Assembly (NCBI GenBank): GCA_038063515.1
Contig: JBBTUY010000001.1
Coordinates: 74,972-138,971, forward strand
From: Patescibacteria group bacterium
GTDB taxonomy: Bacteria; Patescibacteriota; Minisyncoccia; Phycocordibacterales; UBA9973
Reading direction: 5' to 3'
DNA length: 64,000 nt
Numbering within the stretch: the stretch's first letter is position 1; each line of letters begins with the position of its first letter. The notes below the pieces were generated by a model. The model saw only the letters and a program-made list of their open reading frames with translations, had not been told where the DNA came from and made no database searches. Of this stretch, positions 18,978 through 27,489 are shown one piece after another. Position numbers and translations under genes: made by a program.

Positions 18978-19871
18978 TTATGCTAGTTGTATTTCTCCCA
19001 TTTCTTCTTTAATTATTTCTTTTATTTCCATAATAGAGAGTATTGCATTTGCTGTTGCTGTAGGTAGCTTCATTTCGCGTATGACTTCATCACGAGGCAT
19101 TGGCTCACGGAGTATCTTTACCACTAGTGTTTCTTCTTTTGATAGATTATCAAATAGTTTTCTTTGCTTCTCTTTATTTTTTGGGATTTCAAAACCTAGA
19201 GCCTCTAGCACATCTTCTGCACATGTTATAGGTGTAGCGCCTAGTTTTAAGAGTTTATTTGTACCTTTCGAGTTTGTAGCAAAGATAGGCCCAGGTATTA
19301 CAAGCAAATCTCTGTTGTATTCTGTGGTAAGCCTAGCAGTGATTAAGGTGCCTGACCTGTCTTCTGCTTCTATGATGAGTGTTGCACGACAAATGCCCGC
19401 CATCAATCTATTTCTTTTTGCAAAGCTCCACAGAGTGGCTTTAAAGTCAGGCTCAAATTCTGATATTAAACATCCTCCATTTTTAACTATTTCTTGTGCC
19501 AATGAAATGTTTGTTTTTGGGTACAAAACTTTTTCTGAAATTCCTGATCCCGGAAATGCTAAAGTTTTAAGGCCTACACTCATAGCTTTCTTGTGGGCAA
19601 TGCCGTCTATACCCATAGCAAGTCCTGAAACTATGACTATAGGATAATCTTTTAAGCCTTCTATTATCTTTTCACAAGCCTCCTTTCCATAAGAAGTGCA
19701 TTTCCGAGAACCGACTATACATAAATGTATTAATTTTTCGGAAGGTATCTCTCCTCTGTACCATAGATCTGTAGGTGGTTGCGGAATTTCCAGGAGGGCT
19801 TTTGGGAATTTATTTTTAGGTAATTTTTGAATTTCCACTAATTTAGTATATACTATGATAATGTTAGACAT
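18978..19871 (-). CDS. dprA: DNA processing protein A (short form)
   Basis: Rossmann-like DprA core with LAMGIDGIAHKKAM. The track ORF runs to 20018; the likely start is Met at 19871 or the GTG at 19838. Confidence 0.75.
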   Translation of the reverse strand: MSNIIIVYTKLVEIQKLPKNKFPKALLEIPQPPTDLWYRGEIPSEKLIHLCIVGSRKCTSYGKEACEKIIEGLKDYPIVIVSGLAMGIDGIAHKKAMSVGLKTLAFPGSGISEKVLYPKTNISLAQEIVKNGGCLISEFEPDFKATLWSFAKRNRLMAGICRATLIIEAEDRSGTLITARLTTEYNRDLLVIPGPIFATNSKGTNKLLKLGATPITCAEDVLEALGFEIPKNKEKQRKLFDNLSKEETLVVKILREPMPRDEVIREMKLPTATANAILSIMEIKEIIKEEMGEIQLA

Positions 19872-21126
19872 CAAATTTATACGGGAAAATAAAGAAATAG
19901 TGGAGATGGGTGCAAAGAAAAAGCACGTAGATATAGACATTTCACACCTCATAAGTCTCGATGACGATCGCCTAAAAACCCTCAAAGAGGTAGAAGATCT
20001 TCGTGCGGAAGTGAACAAAGTCTCAAACGATATCTCCAGACATCAAGACCCAAACCTAAAAACTCAGCTTATTGAAGAAATGCGTGCAGTAAAAGAAGAC
20101 ATAAAAGCAAAAGAAGATAAGTTAAAAAATGTGACCGAAGAATGGCAGAAAATAATGCTCCAAGTTCCAAATGTGCCTGACATGTCAGTGCCAGAGGGAT
20201 TTACTGATGAGGAGAATCAAGAGATAAAAGCATGGGGAGAAAAAACTAATTTTGATTTTGATGCTAAGGATCATATAGAGATCATGAATGCACTTCGTAT
20301 GGTTGATTTTGAAAGGGGAACAAAGATTCACGGTTTTCGAGGATATTTCTTAATGAATGATGGTGCAATGCTTTGTTTTGCTATTTGGAATTATGCAATG
20401 GAGTTTTTCTCTGCTCGAGGTTTTTCCCCTGTGATTCCACCCGTCATTGTAAAGAAGCAAAATTTGTACGGCACAGGGCACCTTCCAGGAGACGTCGAGG
20501 ATTATTATATGACTCAAGACGAAGATGCATTAGCTGGTACCGCTGAGATCCCTTTAACGGGAATGCATGGAGGTGAGATTTTAAATCATAATGTGTTGCC
20601 ACTAAAATATCTGGGATTCTCTCCATGCTTTAGAAGAGAAGCAGGAAGTCATGGTAAAGACGTGAAAGGTCTCATACGCGTACATGAATTTTATAAAATG
20701 GAGCAGGTAGTATTGTGTGAAGCAAATCACGAAACCTCAGTAAAATTCCACGAAGAAATAAATAAAAACACAGAAGAGTTTATAGAATCTTTAGGTATAC
20801 CATATCGCACAGTCATAAACTGTGGCGGAGATCTTGGTCTCGGACAAGTAAAGAAATACGACATAGAACTCTGGGTGCCAAAAGAAGGTAAGTACAGGGA
20901 GATATCTTCTGCTTCATATTTTCATGATTTTCAGACTAGAAGATTTGGTATTCGCTACAAAGATGCTGAAGGAAAAATGCACTATGCTCACTCATTAAAT
21001 TCTACAGCCATACCTACACCTCGCATACTCGTTTCTATGGTTGAAAACTTTCAACAGGCAGACGGAGGGGTACGCATACCAGAAGTTCTAAGAAAATACA
21101 TGGGTGGAAGAGAATTTATTAAATAA
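19861..21126 (+). CDS. serS: seryl-tRNA synthetase
   Basis: MLDIKFIREN start and coiled-coil arm; class II motifs (FRREAGS, GLGQ...ELW). Confidence 0.9.
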   Translation: MLDIKFIRENKEIVEMGAKKKHVDIDISHLISLDDDRLKTLKEVEDLRAEVNKVSNDISRHQDPNLKTQLIEEMRAVKEDIKAKEDKLKNVTEEWQKIMLQVPNVPDMSVPEGFTDEENQEIKAWGEKTNFDFDAKDHIEIMNALRMVDFERGTKIHGFRGYFLMNDGAMLCFAIWNYAMEFFSARGFSPVIPPVIVKKQNLYGTGHLPGDVEDYYMTQDEDALAGTAEIPLTGMHGGEILNHNVLPLKYLGFSPCFRREAGSHGKDVKGLIRVHEFYKMEQVVLCEANHETSVKFHEEINKNTEEFIESLGIPYRTVINCGGDLGLGQVKKYDIELWVPKEGKYREISSASYFHDFQTRRFGIRYKDAEGKMHYAHSLNSTAIPTPRILVSMVENFQQADGGVRIPEVLRKYMGGREFIK

Positions 21127-21134
21127 CAAAACAT

Positions 21135-22028
21135 ATGCAAAAGCGCAACGTACTAGACTCTCCGCGTCTTTTAGAATTAAAAAAAGAAAAACATAAGATC
21201 TTTTTAAGAAAGATTTATATTTCAATCTTTTTATTTTTTATTACTGTAGTAGCTTTGTGTCTTATATCTCGTATTGATAGATTAAACATAAGTACCGTAG
21301 AAGTTAAAGGTAATAGAATAATAGATACAAAAGTAATCACTAAAATTGTAGATGATCAAACTAGAGGGTATTATGCATGGATTTTCCCAAAAACTAATAT
21401 TTTGTTTTATCCTAAAAATAATATAAAAGATAAGCTCAGTCTGGAGTTAGAAAGACTAGAGGGCATTACACTCGCTATTAAAAATAATACAGTTTTAGAA
21501 ATATCTGTAACTGAGAGAACAGGTAAGTTTATATGGTGTGGTGATAGCTTAGACCAAGAGGCAAATCAAGAAAAATGCTATTTCTTAGATGATCGTGGAT
21601 ATCTGTTTGATGAGGCGCCATATTTTTCTGGCGATGTTTACTTTAAATTTTATGGTTCGACTAGCGGAGATGCTGTAGGACGAGCCAATGGTGACGGGGG
21701 CAATGCTATAGCTGGATCTTATTTTGAAAAAGAAAACTTTCAGAAATTTATTTTATTTAAGAGTTTATTGGAAGAGATGGGTTTAAATCCTGAGAAGCTT
21801 TATGTGGAAAATGAAAATAATGCTAAGATGATCCTCCACAGAGGAAGTACTCTGGGGCGAGGAGCAGAAGTATTGTTTAAGCCAGATTTTGATGTAGATA
21901 AAGTCTCTGAGAATCTAAGAGCAGCATTTAATGTCGAACCTCTTTTATCAGATATAAAAAATAAGTATTCCTCTTTACTATACATAGACGTACGTTTTGA
22001 AAATAAAGTTTATTATAAATTCAAATGA
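21135..22028 (+). CDS. FtsQ/DivIB-like cell division protein (single TM plus POTRA-like domain)
   Basis: N-terminal TM helix then ISTVEVKGNRIIDTKVI POTRA-like start; general FtsQ architecture. Confidence 0.5.
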   Translation: MQKRNVLDSPRLLELKKEKHKIFLRKIYISIFLFFITVVALCLISRIDRLNISTVEVKGNRIIDTKVITKIVDDQTRGYYAWIFPKTNILFYPKNNIKDKLSLELERLEGITLAIKNNTVLEISVTERTGKFIWCGDSLDQEANQEKCYFLDDRGYLFDEAPYFSGDVYFKFYGSTSGDAVGRANGDGGNAIAGSYFEKENFQKFILFKSLLEEMGLNPEKLYVENENNAKMILHRGSTLGRGAEVLFKPDFDVDKVSENLRAAFNVEPLLSDIKNKYSSLLYIDVRFENKVYYKFK

Positions 22029-22123
22029 GAAGGAAAATAGAAATTTATTTATATTTTCTTGGAATGCCGAATTTATATTGTATTAAGTTATATAAATTCA
22101 AATGAGAAGGAAAATAGAAATTT
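22013..22123. repeat. 34-bp perfect direct repeat (two copies at 22013-22046 and 22090-22123) bracketing the ftsQ-like stop and the dus start
   Basis: tataaattcaaatgagaaggaaaatagaaattta occurs twice, 77 bp apart. Confidence 0.85.
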
Positions 22124-22125
22124 AA

Positions 22126-23121
22126 ATGATTAATTTAGGATTTTGGGAAAAATTAAAAAGACCTATCTTTTGCTTGGCTCCTATGGCAGATGTGACTGAT
22201 TGTGTATTTAGACAGATAATTACTAAGTATGGCAAGCCCGATATAACGTGGACAGAGTTTGTATCTGTGGACGGTTTATGTTCTGTTGGTAAAGAAAACT
22301 TATTTATAGATTTAAAATATAGTGAAAATGAAAGACCCGTCATCGCACAGATATTTGGGAGTAAACCAGAGAACTTTGAGAAAGTTGCAAAGATGCTTGT
22401 GGAAATGGGATTTGATGGAATAGATATAAACATGGGTTGTCCGGTAAAAAAGATTTTAAATCAAAATGCATGCTCCGCATTAATAAGAACTCCAGAACTA
22501 GCAAAAGAAATAATTCTCGCTACAAAAAGGGGAGCAGGAAATATTCCTGTATCTGTAAAGACACGTATCGGATTTAATAAGGTTGAGATAGAATCTTGGA
22601 TTCCTGCTATTTTAGAAACAGAGCCAGCCGCACTCACTGTGCATTTGCGTACTGTAAAAGAAATGTCCAAAGTTCCCGCACACTGGGAATTAATGAAGCA
22701 GATTGTAGATATAAGAGACAATTTTTCTTTAAATGGTGAGAAGAGTAAAACTTTGATCATAGGGAATGGCGACGTGCTTGATCTAGAAGATGGGAGAAAT
22801 AAAATAAAAGAGACTGGCTGTGACGGGGTTATGTTAGGGCGAGCTATTTTCGGCAACCCGTTTTTGTTTGCAAAACAAAAACGGGTTGAGCTTGTCGAAG
22901 GGCACCCTGAATACATTCAAACAAAATTGAGAATCATGATAGAACATACGAAACTTTTTGAAAAAGAACTTGGCACACATAAAAATTTTGCAATAATGAA
23001 GAAGCACTATAAAGCATATGTAAATGGCTTCGATGGGGCAAAGGAATTACGAATCAAATTAATGGAAGCACAAAATGCTGAAGAAGTGGAAAATCTTGTT
23101 AAAACTTTTTTAAAGTCGTAA
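22126..23121 (+). CDS. dus: tRNA-dihydrouridine synthase
   Basis: CLAPMADVTDCVFRQII N-terminal signature and TIM-barrel Dus family. Confidence 0.85.
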   Translation: MINLGFWEKLKRPIFCLAPMADVTDCVFRQIITKYGKPDITWTEFVSVDGLCSVGKENLFIDLKYSENERPVIAQIFGSKPENFEKVAKMLVEMGFDGIDINMGCPVKKILNQNACSALIRTPELAKEIILATKRGAGNIPVSVKTRIGFNKVEIESWIPAILETEPAALTVHLRTVKEMSKVPAHWELMKQIVDIRDNFSLNGEKSKTLIIGNGDVLDLEDGRNKIKETGCDGVMLGRAIFGNPFLFAKQKRVELVEGHPEYIQTKLRIMIEHTKLFEKELGTHKNFAIMKKHYKAYVNGFDGAKELRIKLMEAQNAEEVENLVKTFLKS

Positions 23122-23156
23122 TTTTAAAAAACTAGAAAATTTGTTATACTCATCTT

Positions 23157-24203
23157 ATGTACGACCTTGCTTTATATCGTAAATACAGACCTAAAAGCTT
23201 CAAAGAAGTCTTAGGGCAGGACCACATACTACAGGTACTAGAAAGCTCTGTGGAGACAAATAAAGTCTCCCATGCGTACCTTTTTGTAGGGTCACGCGGT
23301 ACAGGAAAGACCTCGGTTGCGAGGATATTTGCAGAGAGTATTGGGGTATCAGCAAATGACCTATATGAGATAGACGCAGCTTCAAATAGGGGCATAGAAG
23401 ACATCAAAGAATTGCGTGATGGTACTCGTGTTTTACCTTTTGATTCTAAATACAAGGTGTACATCATAGACGAGGTGCATATGCTCTCTAAAGACGCGTG
23501 GGGCGCACTTTTAAAGACTCTCGAAGAGCCTCCAAAACATGTCATATTTATCTTAGCGACCACAGAACTTCATAAAGTCCCTGATACCATCATATCTCGT
23601 TGCCAAGTTTTTAATTTTAAGAAAGCGAGTGAAGTAGCATGCAAGAAAGTACTTGTAGACGTCGCTAAAAAAGAAGGCTTTGAGCTCGAAGCTTCTGCTT
23701 CTGAGCTTCTCGCAATCCTTGCTGATGGATCTTTTCGTGATGCACTTGGAGTATTACAGAAAATATTAAACTTTACTGATAAGAAAAATAAGAAAATAAA
23801 AAGGGAAGACGTGGAACGTATCACAGGATCTCCGCAGTCAATACTCGTTAATGAATTTATGCAGGCTATAGCCGAGAAGGACATAGAAAGGGGGCTAAAA
23901 GTAATCAAAAATGTTTCTGATCAGAGTTTAGACATTAAGCTTTATTTTAAACTCATCATAGATAAATTCCGAGTGGCTGTGATACTTCGGTATGCACCCA
24001 AGCTTCAAGATGAGATGTTTAATAGCGTAGGGGAGGCAGACTTAAAATTCCTCCAAGAGCTTGTAAAAAGTGATAAAGAAGGCATGCTACGCTCAAATGC
24101 TCTATCTATTCTTCTAGAGGAATACCAGAACATAGAGAATGCATTTATAACAGAATTACCCTTAGAGCTTGCACTTATTAGGATTTTGGGGCAAGATAAA
24201 TGA
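23157..24203 (+). CDS. dnaX: DNA polymerase III subunit gamma/tau (short, 348 aa)
   Basis: YRPKSFKEVLGQ...HAYLFVGSRGTGKTS Walker A, DEVHML Walker B, SRCQ sensor. Confidence 0.85.
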   Translation: MYDLALYRKYRPKSFKEVLGQDHILQVLESSVETNKVSHAYLFVGSRGTGKTSVARIFAESIGVSANDLYEIDAASNRGIEDIKELRDGTRVLPFDSKYKVYIIDEVHMLSKDAWGALLKTLEEPPKHVIFILATTELHKVPDTIISRCQVFNFKKASEVACKKVLVDVAKKEGFELEASASELLAILADGSFRDALGVLQKILNFTDKKNKKIKREDVERITGSPQSILVNEFMQAIAEKDIERGLKVIKNVSDQSLDIKLYFKLIIDKFRVAVILRYAPKLQDEMFNSVGEADLKFLQELVKSDKEGMLRSNALSILLEEYQNIENAFITELPLELALIRILGQDK

Positions 24204-24250
24204 ATAGATTAGGAAGTTTTAAGTTATTTAAAATAATTTGTCCATAAAGC

Positions 24251-24321
24251 TGGGGGGTCGTCTAATGGTAGGACCGGGGCCTTTGAAGCCCTTAATTTTG
24301 GTTCGAGTCCAAGCCCCCCAG
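24251..24321 (+). tRNA. tRNA-Gln (anticodon TTG)
   Basis: Manual fold: U1:A72 acceptor TGGGGGG/CCCCCCA; D-arm GTCT-AATGGTA-GGAC; anticodon loop CUUUGAA; T-arm TTTGG-TTCGAGT-CCAAG; discriminator G; CCA not encoded. Confidence 0.8.
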
Positions 24322-24432
24322 CTTTGGGGAGAAGTTATATGAATAAAAATTCTTTAAAAGTTTTAATTCAAACTTAGTTCTATTTATATATAGAAAGATT
24401 TAAAAATACTATATTATTAATTTGAATAATTT

Positions 24433-24891
24433 ATGATAAACAATCAGTTGCAAAAAGATAAACCATGCTCATTTTGTTCTATACCAGAGATTAAAGAGAG
24501 GGCAGTTTTTGAAAACGATTTAGTATGGGCTTTTCCGACTAATATACCCATTACACCTGGGCATATTCTTGTCTCTCCTGTGCGATGCGTGAAAAGCTTT
24601 AAAGATTTAACTAATGAAGAAAGATTGGCAATTTTTGATCTTGCTGAAAAAATAATGGATTCTCTAAAGAAGGTCTATGGAGCTGAAGGATTTAATTGTG
24701 CTTGGAATCAAGAGAAGTTGGCAGGTCAGTCTGTGCCACATTTTCATCTTCATATTATCTCAAGGAAAGAAGGAGATACAGGCGTCCTCGGCTATGATCC
24801 TCGAAGCATGCTCTACAGGACAGGAGATAGGGAGCCAACAAGTGAAGAAGAACTTCTCAGGGTAAGTTATGAGATTCTTAAAAATCTATAA
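24433..24891 (+). CDS. HIT family hydrolase
   Basis: Histidine triad HFHLHII near the C-terminus; HIT fold length. Confidence 0.8.
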   Translation: MINNQLQKDKPCSFCSIPEIKERAVFENDLVWAFPTNIPITPGHILVSPVRCVKSFKDLTNEERLAIFDLAEKIMDSLKKVYGAEGFNCAWNQEKLAGQSVPHFHLHIISRKEGDTGVLGYDPRSMLYRTGDREPTSEEELLRVSYEILKNL

Positions 24892-25208
24892 GATTGAAAT
24901 AGAGATAGTTAATTTTTTTTATTATAAAAAATAAAATTGTAGTAAAAAGTTCTTTTCAAAAAGATTATGTCTATTTTTTTACTGGGCCAGTGGGGGAGAA
25001 TTTTGATTCTAACTTTAAGCCTGATCTGACCCCAAAACAGATGTTGAAACTTGGAGTCTTTGGAGGGCTTTATTTTGGAGATAAACCAAAAGAGTACCCG
25101 AAAGATTGGTTTAAAAATGCAAAGATCTCTGTAGATCACAAGTAACACAAAGAATTAAATTATTTTAATATTAATGCTAGTCAACCTATAAAGGATATAA
25201 AAATAAAT

Positions 25209-25391
25209 TTGAGTAAAATACCATCAGATTTATCTATTCTTGATGTGGATTATGATAACTCATCTGATCTTAAGAAAAAATATGGTGTTACTTATCAGCA
25301 CACTTTTGTGCAGGTTGATAAAGATGGAAATATGATAAAGAAATGGAATGGCAGTCCAACTCTAGCGAAGCTCGTATCTGAAGTAAGATAG
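25209..25391 (+). pseudogene. thioredoxin-fold C-terminal remnant (no CxxC-bearing N-terminal half in frame)
   Basis: LDVDYDNSSDLKKKYGVTYQHTFVQVDKDGNMIKKWNGSPTLAKL resembles the C-terminal half of thioredoxins. The ORF starts with TTG directly after an in-frame stop. Confidence 0.3.
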
Positions 25392-25460
25392 AACATCACA
25401 CCTCTTTTCACTCTATTTTGCCTTAATGAAATTTTCATAATTCTGTGCTACAATATATAC

Positions 25461-25679
25461 ATGTTTCAAAATTTTTTACTTAAAAAAATGCTTCGGACAC
25501 AAGGTGTGCCTCCAGAGCAGATAGATATGCTTATTAAAATGATGGAGAAGGATCCTGAGCTTTTTAAAAACATGGCACATGAAATAGAGGAGAAGATAAA
25601 AGGTGGCATGGACAAAATGCAGGCGGGGATGTTGGTGATGCAGAAATATGAATCAAAGTTAAAAGAATTAAAAGATTAA
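25461..25679 (+). CDS. hypothetical small Met/Lys-rich protein
   Basis: 72-aa ORF ending directly before the next gene; no recognisable family. Confidence 0.3.
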   Translation: MFQNFLLKKMLRTQGVPPEQIDMLIKMMEKDPELFKNMAHEIEEKIKGGMDKMQAGMLVMQKYESKLKELKD

Positions 25680-25695
25680 TACGATACTCCCATAA

Positions 25696-27441
25696 ATGTC
25701 TTACCAAAAAGAGGACAAAAATTGCCAAAATTGTAAGTCCGAGTTCTCCATAGAACCAGAAGATTTTTCTTTTTACGAAAAGATGAAAGTTAATCCTCCT
25801 ACTTTTTGCCCTGATTGTAGATTTCAACGACGATTACTTTTTAGGAACAATAGAGTTTTTTATAAAAGTGAATGTATTTTATGTAAAAAATCCTTACTGA
25901 CTGTATATAATCAAAAAAGAAATTTTACTGTGTATTGTCGTCTATGCTGGCTTTCTGATAAATGGGACCCTATAAATTATGGGCAAGAGTATGATTTTTC
26001 AAAACCATTTTTTGAGCAATTTAAAGAACTTCAACATAAGGTACCAAGAGCTAATTTATATCAAACTAACTTTATTTCTAGTGAGTACTGTAACTACGGA
26101 AAAGATTTAAAAGAATGTTACTTGTTGTTTGGGGGTATAAATAATGAAAGGGTTTCATTTGCTAATCAACTTTTTGACTCAAGAGATTCATTTGATATAG
26201 CATTTTCCGAAAAAATAGAACTTAGTTATGAAGTTTTTGAATCTACGAGATCTAATAAGCTGTTTTTCAGTAGATACTCAGATGATTGTGTAGATAGTAG
26301 CTATCTTGTGGACTGTAGAAATTGTATAAGTTGTTTTGGCTGTGTTGGGTTAGTGAATAAACAGTATTGTGTTTGGAATGTTCAATATTCAAAAGAAGAA
26401 TATAAAAAAATAATGGAGGAATTAAATACTGGAAGTTATGAAAAGCACAAAGAAAATTTAAACAAATTACATGAATTAGAAATAAAGGTTCCTAAGCGAT
26501 ATGCTCGTATTTATAAATCAGTTGATTCAGATGGTGATAATTTATCGGAAGTAAGAAATACGCACTATTCTTTTAGTTCTCGTCAAGTTGAAAATTCTAA
26601 GTATTTATTTTTTTGTAGAAATAATACAAATGAAACTTACGACACCTCGTTTCAGGGTTACCAAACAGAGTTGGTATATGAAATAGCTCATGGTTTCGGT
26701 GGCTCAAATCAAGCTTTTGGTGTCAGGAATTTTTCAAATCAAGATGCAAGATATAATGAAGAATGTCACGATTGTAAAGATATATTTGGCTGTGAGGGCT
26801 TAAGAAAAAAACAATACTGTATTTTAAACAAGCAATACTCTAAGGAGGAATACAACGAATTATTACCTAAAATTATTAAACATATGGAAGAGATGCCGTA
26901 TGTGGACAGTAAGGGTAGGGTATATAAATATAGCGAATTTTTCCCGAGCGAACTTTCATCGTTTGCTTATAACGAGACCATAGCTCAGGAATATTTTCCA
27001 CTTACGAAAGGAGAAGCACTTGAAAAAGGTTATGAATGGGAAGATGGTGAAAAAAGAAATTATCAGATAGACATAAATACTGAAGATATACCAGATAATA
27101 TCACAGACGTTACAGATGATATTGTAGGCAAGGTTCTACCTTGTTTGCATAAAGGAGCATGTAAACAGCAGTGCACTGAGGCTTTTAAGATAGTGCCTGA
27201 AGAATTTAAATTCTACAAAAGGATGAATTTACCATTTCCTAGGCTGTGTCCAAACTGTAGACACTATGAGAGGATAAACTCCAGAAACCCACTCAAATTA
27301 TGGAATAGAAGTTGTATGTGTAGTAAGATGGGTCATTCTCATGGTAATGAGAAGTGTGTTATAGAATTCAAAACTTCATATGCACCTGAAGGGCCAGGGA
27401 TGATTTATTGTGAAAAATGTTACCAGCAGGAAGTTTATTAA
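25696..27441 (+). CDS. cysteine-rich protein of unknown function with internally duplicated modules (two terminal zinc-ribbon-like modules, two central Cys-rich modules)
   Basis: N-terminal CQNC..F.I.PEDFSFYEKM..P.FCPDCR..RR...RN and C-terminal C....FKIVPEEFKFYKRM..P.LCPNCR...R...RN repeats. Central repeats DCVDSSYLVDCRNCISCFGCVGLVNKQYCVWNVQYSKEEY and ECHDCKDIFGCEGLRKKQYCILNKQYSKEEY. Confidence 0.6.
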   Translation: MSYQKEDKNCQNCKSEFSIEPEDFSFYEKMKVNPPTFCPDCRFQRRLLFRNNRVFYKSECILCKKSLLTVYNQKRNFTVYCRLCWLSDKWDPINYGQEYDFSKPFFEQFKELQHKVPRANLYQTNFISSEYCNYGKDLKECYLLFGGINNERVSFANQLFDSRDSFDIAFSEKIELSYEVFESTRSNKLFFSRYSDDCVDSSYLVDCRNCISCFGCVGLVNKQYCVWNVQYSKEEYKKIMEELNTGSYEKHKENLNKLHELEIKVPKRYARIYKSVDSDGDNLSEVRNTHYSFSSRQVENSKYLFFCRNNTNETYDTSFQGYQTELVYEIAHGFGGSNQAFGVRNFSNQDARYNEECHDCKDIFGCEGLRKKQYCILNKQYSKEEYNELLPKIIKHMEEMPYVDSKGRVYKYSEFFPSELSSFAYNETIAQEYFPLTKGEALEKGYEWEDGEKRNYQIDINTEDIPDNITDVTDDIVGKVLPCLHKGACKQQCTEAFKIVPEEFKFYKRMNLPFPRLCPNCRHYERINSRNPLKLWNRSCMCSKMGHSHGNEKCVIEFKTSYAPEGPGMIYCEKCYQQEVY

Positions 27442-27489
27442 ATGTAATAATATAATAAAGTTAGGAATTTTAAAAATTTTAATTAAAAT

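Noticed and set aside
24909-25148. 79-aa minus-strand ORF downstream of the HIT gene
   Set aside because: Low-complexity Phe/Lys/Ile-rich translation antisense to a more protein-like plus-strand fragment; treated as non-coding.
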